DNA of 64,000 bases from Flavobacteriales bacterium (GTDB taxonomy: Bacteria; Bacteroidota; Bacteroidia; Palsa-965). The translations under genes were made by a program, and so were the position numbers. Under the pieces are notes generated by a model, which was not told the DNA's origin, made no database searches, and saw nothing but the letters and a program-made list of their open reading frames with translations. Below, piece after piece: positions 18,642-27,174 of the stretch; the first letter of the stretch is position 1; each line of letters starts with the position of its first letter. The DNA is taken from positions 32,001-96,000 of the forward strand of contig JBEIPA010000002.1 of assembly GCA_040377305.1 (NCBI GenBank). Reading direction: 5' to 3'.

Positions 18642-19102
18642 TTTTTGACCGCTCTCCCAATTGAGGCACTAATTGTTAATACTAATCCAATTATGAGACA
18701 TAAGATACCATGAATACTATTGGCGTCCCAAAAATAAGGTGCTAGCCCGAATATTGCTCCCCCCAACCCAACACCCACGCCGAACAGAATTTCCATTGCC
18801 CTGTCAGCTTTCAACTTTTCACCCAAAACTGACGCCTTTTTATCGGCTTCATGAAAACTAGTCACATAGCTTTTTAAGTTTTCCTTTTCATTTTCAGCTT
18901 CCTCGAGCATCTCTAACAACATTTTCTGAGTGCCCGTTTGAGAAAGTTCCTCGTCGGTAAGTTGTCTGCGAACATTACTGAGTGCCTGTCTTCTACCAGA
19001 AGCAGGAGCACTAATTTGTTCAGCTGATGCAAGAGTTTCCTTGCCTGAACTAAGATCTGGTGAAATAGGAGGCTCTTCGGGATTAGTGTCGTTCTTGGAC
19101 AT
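18638..19102 (-). CDS. Coiled-coil protein with two C-terminal transmembrane helices
   Basis: 154 aa; charged helical middle, then ILFGVGVGLGGAIFGLA and GILCLIIGLVLTISASIG; ATGA overlap with the downstream gene. Confidence 0.75.
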   Translation of the reverse strand: MSKNDTNPEEPPISPDLSSGKETLASAEQISAPASGRRQALSNVRRQLTDEELSQTGTQKMLLEMLEEAENEKENLKSYVTSFHEADKKASVLGEKLKADRAMEILFGVGVGLGGAIFGLAPYFWDANSIHGILCLIIGLVLTISASIGRAVKK

Positions 19103-19289
19103 AGTTGACGATAATTCACACCTAAATGTAATAAAGGCATGGAACTATAAGTAAAGATAGAAATCTGACCTAAACAACCAATTCACTTACCGTCCACACT
19201 CAAAATCTTAACAGACCTTTCCTTCGAATTCTTTAACATTCTACTACTTGAATTCAGATAGCCAAGACAATTGTTCCTTTTGATGGAAT

Positions 19290-19493
19290 ATGTTCATCTC
19301 CGGCTTCTCCATCGTTCGCAATGCCATCAAATACGATTACCCGATCGAGGAAGCCATTCGTTCTATACTTCCGGTGTGCGATGAGCTTGTGATTGTTGCG
19401 CAGAAATCTTAAAGACAATGTGCGAAAGATTGTTCATTCCGCGGACCACGTAAAATGAGGAGCTAGTCTTGATTGAAGATGACTCATTGCGAG
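19290..19493 (+). pseudogene. Decayed duplicate of the 5' end of the glycosyltransferase gene at 20759
   Basis: 19290-19409 aligns base by base with 20759-20878 (MFISGFSIVRNAIKYDYPI.EAIRSILP.CDE), then an in-frame stop; remnant GATGACTCATTGCG (DDSLR) near 19478-19491. Confidence 0.85.
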
Positions 19494-19518
19494 TCACAAT
19501 AAACCTTCGCTACGTTGG

Positions 19519-19545
19519 AAGATCGAAAGGTCTTTCCTTTTTTTG
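19519..19545 (+). repeat. Right copy of the 27-bp direct repeat (terminator-derived)
   Basis: Identical to 16733-16759. Confidence 0.9.
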
Positions 19546-19552
19546 TTGTAAA

Positions 19553-20707
19553 TCATCGTTCACTCGGATTCTTAATATCATTCTCCTTCGCCGGATCTTT
19601 CACAAAAGGAAATACAAACTGTTTCGCAAATCCTTTTGGAAATTTCACATCACCTAAGCCAGTGCTTTCCGGCCATGTGTCTTTCATCGGATAATAGGTT
19701 CCGAAGATCATATCGATGAATGGAAAATGAATCGCGAAATTTTTGTCGTACGCTTTCGGATCAGCAGAGTGATGCCAGTGGTGATATTGAGGTGTCACAA
19801 AAACATACTTGAGAAATCCGAAGTTGATTCGTGTGTTTGAATGAGCAAGGACCGCCTGAATCGCTACGATCACAATGTATGTATTGAACACGGCCGGACT
19901 GAATCCGCAGATGTACAACGGAAGAAACGAAACAGCTCGCACCGCTATCATGTCGATAAAATGTGTTCGTGATCCGGCAAGCCAATCGAGGTCCTTTGTG
20001 GAATGGTGTACCGAATGAAATCTCCACAGGAAGGGAATTTTATGAAAGAAGAAATGTCCGGTCCACTGAAACAGATCAGAAACAAGCAGCGCCAGAAATA
20101 ATTGCGGCACAAACCAAATTCCTTGCACCCACGACTGAAATCCGCTCAAACCAACGCCGGAGAAAAGTGCAACAGCAGGTAATTGCACAACCACTCCTGT
20201 TACCTGAATCAACAGGTGACTGATCACGAAATACATCAGGTCTGTTCTCCACTCTGCATGGAACTTGGATTGATCGAGTCGCTTGGGCAAGAACAACTCA
20301 ATCGGAATAAAGATGAATGCAGAAATCAGAATGTCTAAAAGCAACCAGTCCAGTCCAAGTGTAAATGCTTTTGACTCCACACCATCGTGATCGGGTAGTC
20401 CAGAACCAAGCAGAATTGTTCCACCAATGATGAGCACTGCGATAAAACCCATTCTGGTTTTCTTACTCAGCATAAAACTAGTGATGGCGAAAAGGAAGGA
20501 CAGTGCAAGTACACCAAGCAAGCTCCATTTGATGAGATTAGGTTTGTACAGTTTGCGGAAATCTGCCGTAGTGAGGTACTCCGGAAAGTATGCGCACACC
20601 GTAATACCGAAGCACACAATTGCCAAAAATATTGCGAGGTAACCAGAGATTTTTCCTTCGCCGATTTTCAGGCGGGACGGTTTGTTTTCCTTATTAATAT
20701 GATCCAT
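19553..20707 (-). CDS. Sterol desaturase / fatty acid hydroxylase family membrane protein
   Basis: His boxes GHFFFH, WRFHSVHHS, AHSN, TPQYHHWHH, KNFA; multiple TM helices. Confidence 0.9.
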   Translation of the reverse strand: MDHINKENKPSRLKIGEGKISGYLAIFLAIVCFGITVCAYFPEYLTTADFRKLYKPNLIKWSLLGVLALSFLFAITSFMLSKKTRMGFIAVLIIGGTILLGSGLPDHDGVESKAFTLGLDWLLLDILISAFIFIPIELFLPKRLDQSKFHAEWRTDLMYFVISHLLIQVTGVVVQLPAVALFSGVGLSGFQSWVQGIWFVPQLFLALLVSDLFQWTGHFFFHKIPFLWRFHSVHHSTKDLDWLAGSRTHFIDMIAVRAVSFLPLYICGFSPAVFNTYIVIVAIQAVLAHSNTRINFGFLKYVFVTPQYHHWHHSADPKAYDKNFAIHFPFIDMIFGTYYPMKDTWPESTGLGDVKFPKGFAKQFVFPFVKDPAKENDIKNPSER

Positions 20708-20758
20708 CGACTCAAATATAACAGGTAAGTTGCCTTTTGAGTACTTTTATCCGGACCT

Positions 20759-21631
20759 ATGTTCATCTCCGGCTTCTCCATTGTCCGCAATGCCATCAAA
20801 TACGATTATCCGATCGTGGAAGCCATTCGTTCTATACTTCCGCTGTGCGATGAATTCGTGATTGCTGTTGGAAAATCGGACGACGATACATTGAAGATGA
20901 TCAAGAAACTGGACGAGCCGAAAATCAGAATCATTGAAACAGTGTGGGACGATTCATTGCGCGAAGGAGGAAAAGTACTCGCCGATGAAACCAACAAAGC
21001 CTACGATGCAATTTCTGAGAAAGCAGATTGGTGCTTTTACATCCAGGGCGATGAAGTGATTCACGAGAAATTTCTGCCGGCGATTAAAGCAGGAATGCAG
21101 CAGTGGAAAGACGACAAGAATGTGGAAGGTTTACTTTTCGATTACACGCACTTCTACGGTTCGTACGATTACGTGGGTGATTCCCGAAAATGGTATCGCA
21201 AAGAAATTCGCATTGTGCGCAAGAACAAAACCATTCGATCCTACAAAGACGCGCAGGGGTTTCGTCACAATGATAATTCCAAGCTGAAAGTAAAAGCAAT
21301 CGATGCGAGTGTGTATCACTACGGCTGGGTAAAACCACCGGAAGCGCAACAAGCGAAACAACAATCGTTTCACAAAATGTGGCACGATGATCAATGGATG
21401 AAACAAAATGTTCCGGCTGTTGAGAAATTCGATTATTCGCAGATTGATTCACTGGCGAAATTCACAGGCACGCACCCGCTCGTCATGCATGATCGGATTC
21501 AGAGAATGAACTGGAAGTTTGCATTTGATCCGACGAGAAAGAAGTGGGGAATGAAGATGCGTCTGCTTATGTTCGTTGAGAAAACGACTGGAGTGCGCAT
21601 CGGTGAGTACAAAAACTACGAACTATTGTAA
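20759..21631 (+). CDS. Glycosyltransferase family 2-like protein
   Basis: ISGFSIVRNA, SDDDT, WCFYIQGDEV (DxD-like), VYHYGWVK. Confidence 0.85.
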   Translation: MFISGFSIVRNAIKYDYPIVEAIRSILPLCDEFVIAVGKSDDDTLKMIKKLDEPKIRIIETVWDDSLREGGKVLADETNKAYDAISEKADWCFYIQGDEVIHEKFLPAIKAGMQQWKDDKNVEGLLFDYTHFYGSYDYVGDSRKWYRKEIRIVRKNKTIRSYKDAQGFRHNDNSKLKVKAIDASVYHYGWVKPPEAQQAKQQSFHKMWHDDQWMKQNVPAVEKFDYSQIDSLAKFTGTHPLVMHDRIQRMNWKFAFDPTRKKWGMKMRLLMFVEKTTGVRIGEYKNYELL

Positions 21632-21633
21632 GT

Positions 21634-21794
21634 CTGCGACGCTTTACACGGAGGAACGGCGTAACAGCGAAACGGGGTTTTATAGTGTTTCCCACGAGAA
21701 ACGGAGGATCGCAAGGCGATTAGTACGCAGTGCCTCGTGGGCTTAAATTGTAGCTGTTCTCCGTTTCGTTGTGCCGCCGTGTAAAGCGCCGCAG
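21634..21794. repeat. About 160-bp nested hairpin element between convergent genes
   Basis: Arms CTGCGACGCTTTACACGG / CCGTGTAAAGCGCCGCAG; inner stems CAGCGAAACGGGG/CTCCGTTTCGTTG, CCCACGAG/CTCGTGGG, ATCGC/GCGAT. Confidence 0.7.
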
Positions 21795-21802
21795 GCATCC
21801 AA

Positions 21803-22306
21803 CTATTTTTCGAGTTCCCGCAAGTAAGCGATCAAATCCGTTCTCGGCATCTTCCCCTCAAAACCAACCTGCCTGAACATCGTAATAAGTTGCCCACGAT
21901 GAAACGTGCTGTGATTCATCAGATGCATTGTAATGTTTCCAACAGATTCTTTGTACTCCGTTCCATCCATCGCTTTAAACGTGATGATTTCGCTCCAGTA
22001 AGATTCCGGCCTTCCATCAAAATGCTCTGCATATGTAATCGACGTATTCATCAACGCAGGAATTGCTTCTTCCGGTTTCATATTCTTGCTGGGCCAATCC
22101 GTTGGAGAAACTCCTTGCAATCGCGAAAGCCAGACATATTGCCCATCCGCAAGATGAAAAATAGTTTTGCGTATGCTATTAAAACTGCTGATGATTTCTT
22201 TGTCAAGAAGTTTCTCATCCTTGTCAATTAGAAAATCGGCAATGCCCTTGTTTGCCCACACGTTGTAGTTGACGTAACGCGAGAGATTTTCAGAATGTTC
22301 ACTCAT
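21803..22306 (-). CDS. DinB/YfiT family protein
   Basis: YNVWAN, SIRKTIFHL, W..RL, HLMNHSTFHRGQL. Confidence 0.9.
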   Translation of the reverse strand: MSEHSENLSRYVNYNVWANKGIADFLIDKDEKLLDKEIISSFNSIRKTIFHLADGQYVWLSRLQGVSPTDWPSKNMKPEEAIPALMNTSITYAEHFDGRPESYWSEIITFKAMDGTEYKESVGNITMHLMNHSTFHRGQLITMFRQVGFEGKMPRTDLIAYLRELEK

Positions 22307-22347
22307 AGCATTTGAGAATTATGAATTGCTAATTACGAATCAAACAT

Positions 22348-23070
22348 CTACTCCCATCCTGAAGCAAGCACATCAACCAAATGCATCACCTGCATGGGCT
22401 TGTTCTGCTTTTTCATATAACCTTCGAGATGAAGAAGACAAGACGAATCTGTCGACACCAAAAAGTCAGCACCCGTTTCTTCGGCATGCTTTAGTTTTTC
22501 CTCTGCCATACCCACTGCAATAGCTTCATGTTTTACGGCGAAACTACCACCGAAGCCACAACAAACATCGGAGTGACTCATCTCGCGAACTTCCAATCCC
22601 CGAACTTTGGAAAGCAGCAAGCGCGGCTCTCTGTGGATACCATACTCACGCAAACCGCCGCATGAATCGTGAAAGGTTGCAACACCATCGAGCTTAGCAC
22701 CGAGATCAGTAATCTTCAGAATATTCACGAGGAAATCAGAAAACTCAAAGATGTTCTTCTGCACCATACGACACTGATTGTGCAGAACAGAATTCTGAAA
22801 AACCTCTCCGTAGTAATTTCTCACAAATCCAGTACACGATGCTGATGGCGACACGATGTAACGATCAGCCTGAAATTCTTTAATGAACTTCTCTCCTACT
22901 TCCTTCGTGTGATCCCAATATCCCGCATTAAATGCAGGCTGACCACAGCACGTTTGATCAGGATTGTAGTTTACTCCACAACCAACGCGCTCCAATACCT
23001 TGACCATGTTCATCGCGGCGTTCGGATAAAATTGGTCTACAAAACAGGGTATAAATAAATCTACGATCAT
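22348..23070 (-). CDS. LutA/LldE-like CCG-domain Fe-S protein
   Basis: LFIPCFVDQ, QTCCGQPAFNAG, FHDSC, CCGFGGSF, DSSCLLHL. Confidence 0.88.
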   Translation of the reverse strand: MIVDLFIPCFVDQFYPNAAMNMVKVLERVGCGVNYNPDQTCCGQPAFNAGYWDHTKEVGEKFIKEFQADRYIVSPSASCTGFVRNYYGEVFQNSVLHNQCRMVQKNIFEFSDFLVNILKITDLGAKLDGVATFHDSCGGLREYGIHREPRLLLSKVRGLEVREMSHSDVCCGFGGSFAVKHEAIAVGMAEEKLKHAEETGADFLVSTDSSCLLHLEGYMKKQNKPMQVMHLVDVLASGWE

Positions 23071-23077
23071 CGGACAA

Positions 23078-24397
23078 TTACTTCACAGTTTCAGTTTTCG
23101 GAACACGCAATAACAATAAGAATCCAAGAATAAAGAATCCAACCAACGCAAGTACCGATGTGCGGATGTCTGCAATTCCTTCAATCAATCCAAATGAGAA
23201 TGTTCCCAGAGCGAGACCGATTTTTTCACTCACATCGAAGAAGCTGAAGTAGGATGCGTGATCTTCCGTCTCCGGCAACATCTTTGAATAGGTAGAACGC
23301 GCCATCGCCTGAATTCCTCCCATAACTATTCCTACACAAGCCGCCGCAATGTAGAATTGCCATGGCAGATAAACGAAGAAGTAAACGCCGGCGCAAACGA
23401 AAATCCAGAATACAATTGCTATAGCCAACGTCTTCAGGTTTCCGATTTTCTTCGACACTTTCGAGAAAATAAATGCTCCTGCAATTCCCAAAAACTGAAT
23501 CAACAGAATGCTGATGATCAAATCCTGCGTCTTGATTCCACGCACTTCTTTGTTAGCGAAGGCAACTGCCATGATCATCACAGTTTGTACCGCCATGTTG
23601 AACATGAAATAGCTCGCAAGATAACGCCGAAGCTGCAAACGCGTTTTTATATCTGCCCAAACCTTCCCCAGTTCACGATAACCTTGTTTTACTATACTGC
23701 CCGAAACTTTCTTATCGTAGACATTATTGGGAAGTCGTCTGAAAGTAAACATCGCGAAAATGATCCACCACGCACCGACCATGGGAAATGCCCAATGAAT
23801 ATCCTCAATAATGTGTGTGAACTGAGTCAAAACAAGAATAACAATCAGAAGCAGTGCGCTTCCGAAGTAACCCATAGAAAAGCCACGTGCACTGATCCTG
23901 TCATGATCGGCGGGCTCTGCAATTTCCGGCAAGTATGCATTGTAGTAAACAAGACTTCCCCAATAACCTATGCTCGCAAAGAATAGCGGAATGATTGTTA
24001 TACCCAGATGAATTGGCTCGAATCCGTTCTCTGACTTTATTGGATTGAAAAAGAAGAGCAACATACTGGAAATTGCCCCGAGAAAGCAGAAGAACTGCAG
24101 GAAGCGTTTCTTATTGCCCGTTGCATCAGCAATTCCGGATAAGATGGGAGCCACAATTGCAACAACAACGTATGACAACGAAACGAGGTACGCGTAAAAT
24201 TCCGTGTTCTTGAAATGCATTCCGCAAAACGAAATCGTGTCATAGATCGTTTCACCGGATACAGTATCCTTAAAACTGGTTTTTGCTTCGTAAAGAATCG
24301 GAAATATCGCTGAAGAAATTACCAGCGGGTAAACCGAATTCGCCCAGTCGTAAAACGTCCAGGCACGAATAATTTTAGGATCGCCTTTTTGGATCAT
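23078..24397 (-). CDS. MFS transporter (UMF1/ATG22-like family)
   Basis: Start moved to ATG 24397; AWTFYDWANS, YNAYLPEIA, ISARGFSMGY, GGIQAMARS; about 12 TM segments. Confidence 0.9.
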   Translation of the reverse strand: MIQKGDPKIIRAWTFYDWANSVYPLVISSAIFPILYEAKTSFKDTVSGETIYDTISFCGMHFKNTEFYAYLVSLSYVVVAIVAPILSGIADATGNKKRFLQFFCFLGAISSMLLFFFNPIKSENGFEPIHLGITIIPLFFASIGYWGSLVYYNAYLPEIAEPADHDRISARGFSMGYFGSALLLIVILVLTQFTHIIEDIHWAFPMVGAWWIIFAMFTFRRLPNNVYDKKVSGSIVKQGYRELGKVWADIKTRLQLRRYLASYFMFNMAVQTVMIMAVAFANKEVRGIKTQDLIISILLIQFLGIAGAFIFSKVSKKIGNLKTLAIAIVFWIFVCAGVYFFVYLPWQFYIAAACVGIVMGGIQAMARSTYSKMLPETEDHASYFSFFDVSEKIGLALGTFSFGLIEGIADIRTSVLALVGFFILGFLLLLRVPKTETVK

Positions 24398-24403
24398 ACT
24401 TGT

Positions 24404-24450
24404 CAAAAGTAGAAAAAGGCATTGAGGCATTGGGGCAATACAGCATTGGG
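24404..24450 (-). promoter_or_regulatory. -7 box TACTTTTG preceded by an octamer tandem repeat
   Basis: CAAAAGTA at 24404-24411; GGCATTGA GGCATTGG GGCAATAC AGCATTGG at 24418-24449. Confidence 0.55.
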
Positions 24451-24490
24451 TTACTAACACTGTTCAAACACGACACCCCTGATTGCGGTA

Positions 24491-24612
24491 TTCCGTGGGA
24501 TAAACCCCACGGTTATCACTTGTCTTTTTTAGGAAGAAGTGCACGGGCGAAGCCCGTGGATATCCATTCTATGATTAGACAAGTGATAACCGTGGACTTC
24601 AGTCCACCGAAC
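24491..24612. repeat. REPIN-like palindrome (REP family A)
   Basis: Perfect 19-bp arms CCACGGTTATCACTTGTCT / AGACAAGTGATAACCGTGG; central hairpin CACGGGCGAAGCCCGTG; ends similar to 1390-1533. Confidence 0.75.
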
Positions 24613-24632
24613 GAACACTGAAACGTTATTAC

Positions 24633-26039
24633 TCATTCCGTTTCCCCGTAAAACTCCTTATTGAAGTTAATCAGATGCACCTTTCCGGTCGTCCGGGTCA
24701 AAGCCGTATACAACCACCGGAAAAACTCTGTTCCGATCATTTCTTCGGTGATATATCCCTGCTCCACAAACACAGATTTCCATTGTCCACCTTGCGCTTT
24801 GTGACAGGTAACTGCGTAAGCGAACTTGACCTGCAACGCGTTAAAAAACGGATCTTCCTTCATCTTGCGATAGATTGCTCCTTTCGATCCGGCATCGGCG
24901 TAATCTTCCTGGACGCTCACGAACAATTGCTGCTGTTGCGCAGGAGATAATGCAGGAGTTTCAGAAGTGAGTGTATCCAGTACAATTCTCGCATCAAATT
25001 CGGCTTCGTCGGGATAATCCATCAAGCGAATCGTAACGTCTGCGAAACGTAAGCCATGTACGGAGTAATATTTTCTGATCGAAAGAATCTCCGCGGTATC
25101 TCCGTTCGCAATAAATCCGGCACGCGACTCTTTTGGCAACCAATAATAATTGTTCTTCACAATCATGATGTGATCGCCAATGGAAATTTCATCTTCCTGC
25201 CAACGGATGCGCGCCCGAATTTGCTGGTTGTAAAGATTCGCACGCTTGTTCGAACGACAAATAACAATCGTTTCATCCGCTCCGTGTTGGCGATAAGCAT
25301 CTTCGAGTGCATCAATGAGTTCCATTCCGCCGAGTCGAATGATATCCTCGTAACCATCTAACTCAAAGCCGGGAAACTGATTGGTCTCTTCTGCAATGGC
25401 GAGACGAAGTTTGGTCGCATTAAACAACACGCCGGAATCTACTTCTTGCCGCAATACTTCTTTCATCTCCACCATGCCAACCGGAACATGAAACAATTTC
25501 TTCACGTACGCAGGATCAAGCGCGGGAGAATAACTGATTCCCACCGGAGGAAGCTGGGCAGTATCGCCAACGAGCATGAGCTTGCAGTTTTCTCCTGTAT
25601 TGACAAAAGTGAATAAATCTTCAAGCAAACTTGGTCCGCCTTTATCAGGAGATGATTCGCCGATCATGGATGCTTCGTCTACAATGAACACAGTGTCGAT
25701 CGCAGAATTGTGTTTGAGACTTACGAAACCTTCTTCTCCCGTTGCTGCACGATAAATCATCCGGTGAATCGTAAACGCAGAACGACCGGAGTAAGTCGAA
25801 ATCACTTTTGCCGCGCGCCCGGTTGGAGCCAGCAAGGTGCTTTTCATTTTGAACGAAGGCAATGCGTTTACCAATGCGCTCAGCAATGTCGTTTTTCCTG
25901 TTCCGGCATATCCACGCAATATGAAAATCGTTCGCGGATCAGGATGCTGCAGAAAACGCACGATGTTGTGAATCGCTTCGGATTGTCCCGCGGTCGGTTG
26001 AAATTTCAGGTGACGCAATATGAGATCGGCGTGATTCAC
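24633..26039 (-). CDS. RecD-like ATP-dependent SF1 helicase (exodeoxyribonuclease V alpha family)
   Basis: Likely GTG start at 26039, just after a TACCTTCG box; GYAGTGKT Walker A, LAPTGRAA, VDEASM, VGDTAQLPPV, YAVTCHKAQG, LYTALTR. Confidence 0.9.
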   Translation of the reverse strand: MNHADLILRHLKFQPTAGQSEAIHNIVRFLQHPDPRTIFILRGYAGTGKTTLLSALVNALPSFKMKSTLLAPTGRAAKVISTYSGRSAFTIHRMIYRAATGEEGFVSLKHNSAIDTVFIVDEASMIGESSPDKGGPSLLEDLFTFVNTGENCKLMLVGDTAQLPPVGISYSPALDPAYVKKLFHVPVGMVEMKEVLRQEVDSGVLFNATKLRLAIAEETNQFPGFELDGYEDIIRLGGMELIDALEDAYRQHGADETIVICRSNKRANLYNQQIRARIRWQEDEISIGDHIMIVKNNYYWLPKESRAGFIANGDTAEILSIRKYYSVHGLRFADVTIRLMDYPDEAEFDARIVLDTLTSETPALSPAQQQQLFVSVQEDYADAGSKGAIYRKMKEDPFFNALQVKFAYAVTCHKAQGGQWKSVFVEQGYITEEMIGTEFFRWLYTALTRTTGKVHLINFNKEFYGETE

Positions 26040-26089
26040 GGTGCGAAGGTAATTTGCTATTGTGCCAATGTGTTGATGTGTCAATAACT

Positions 26090-26242
26090 ATTCGACCCCT
26101 TCAGGGTCGGGGTTGTGTCGGGGGATTTTTTCTAGGAATATGCGACTCCTACGGAGTCATTTTATGAGAACCGACCTCAGAGATGTCGCATATTCCTAGA
26201 AAAAATCCCTGCGTATTTACCCCGATCCTGAAGGGGTCGAAT
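26090..26242. repeat. REPIN-like palindrome (REP family B), flanked by inverted octamer arrays (26052-26085, 26250-26286)
   Basis: Outer 23-bp arms with one mismatch (ATTCGACCCCTTCAGGGTCGGGG); perfect inner 25-bp arms 26122-26146 / 26185-26209. Confidence 0.85.
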
Positions 26243-26301
26243 GTCAACCATCAACAAATTGGCACATTTCCACATTGGCACATTGCGTACATTTGCGGGA
26301 G

Positions 26302-27174
26302 ATGACTGCCACGTCAAAGCTTCCAGGCTTACAACTTTCCTTCCGCGACTCGGCTTTCGATCCGAACGCGGCAGAACGCTATTGCCTTGTGCTGCAGGTC
26401 GACCGTGAACGCCTGACGCTTACCGTGCTGGACAATCTCACGAACGATTTTCTCGCTTTCGAATCCTGGTTTTTCAAGAAAGCTGTGACCGATTCACAGA
26501 TGGCTGATCAAATCGAACGATTGATTACCGATCACGAATGGCTGAGCAACGGATTCAAACGAGCAGATGCAATTGTGACCTCAGAAAAGTTCACATTCAT
26601 TCCTGCTGCATTATTCGACAGTGGTGCGGCGAGAGAATATCTTTCGTTCAATGCTCCTGTCGATTCGAAAGATGTTGTGAACAACGACGTTCTTCGTCAC
26701 GCTGATGCAAGAAACGTTTATGCATTCGACGGCAAGCTGGAAAAAGTGTTGCTCAAAATATCACCTGCAATTCGCATTCGTCATCACTTGAGTCCACTCA
26801 CGGAAAAAGTTTTGGCTTCTTCGAAAAACCAGAACGAGAAACGCGTCCACGCGCACATCCGTCAGGGACAGTTCGACGTAGTTGCTTCTGAAAACGGAAA
26901 GCTTCTCCTTGCGAATGTATACACCTATCAATCGCCGGAAGATTTCATTTACTTCCTCTTGTTTGCTGCAGAGCAACTGAAACTGAATCCTGAAAAATTC
27001 GAATTGGAAATCTCAGGTGAAGTAGAAGAAAAATCGGCCATCACCGCTATAGCAAACAAGTACATACGCCATGTGAAATTCGCAGAGCGCCAAAGTGGTC
27101 GTTACTCGGAAGGATTCAATCAGTTTCCGAAACATCACCACTACAATCTTTTCGCATTACACTTCTGGTCATGA
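26302..27174 (+). CDS. DUF3822 family protein
   Basis: ATG 26302 after TACATTTG box; FTFIPAALF, LLLAN.Y.YQSPEDFIYFLLF..EQL; usual position between recD-like gene and rsmD in Bacteroidota. Confidence 0.8.
   Translation: MTATSKLPGLQLSFRDSAFDPNAAERYCLVLQVDRERLTLTVLDNLTNDFLAFESWFFKKAVTDSQMADQIERLITDHEWLSNGFKRADAIVTSEKFTFIPAALFDSGAAREYLSFNAPVDSKDVVNNDVLRHADARNVYAFDGKLEKVLLKISPAIRIRHHLSPLTEKVLASSKNQNEKRVHAHIRQGQFDVVASENGKLLLANVYTYQSPEDFIYFLLFAAEQLKLNPEKFELEISGEVEEKSAITAIANKYIRHVKFAERQSGRYSEGFNQFPKHHHYNLFALHFWS

Larger units (their letters stand above)
16733..19545. mobile_element. AT-rich accessory cassette bounded by an exact 27-bp direct repeat; no integrase or transposase inside
   Basis: AAGATCGAAAGGTCTTTCCTTTTTTTG at 16733-16759 and 19519-19545; visibly AT-richer than the flanks; defence-type gene content. 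Confidence 0.65.

Noticed and set aside
19469-19657. 62-aa ORF MIEDDSLRV...
   Set aside because: Begins in the decayed glycosyltransferase remnant, crosses the terminator repeat and overlaps the desaturase antisense; not a credible gene.
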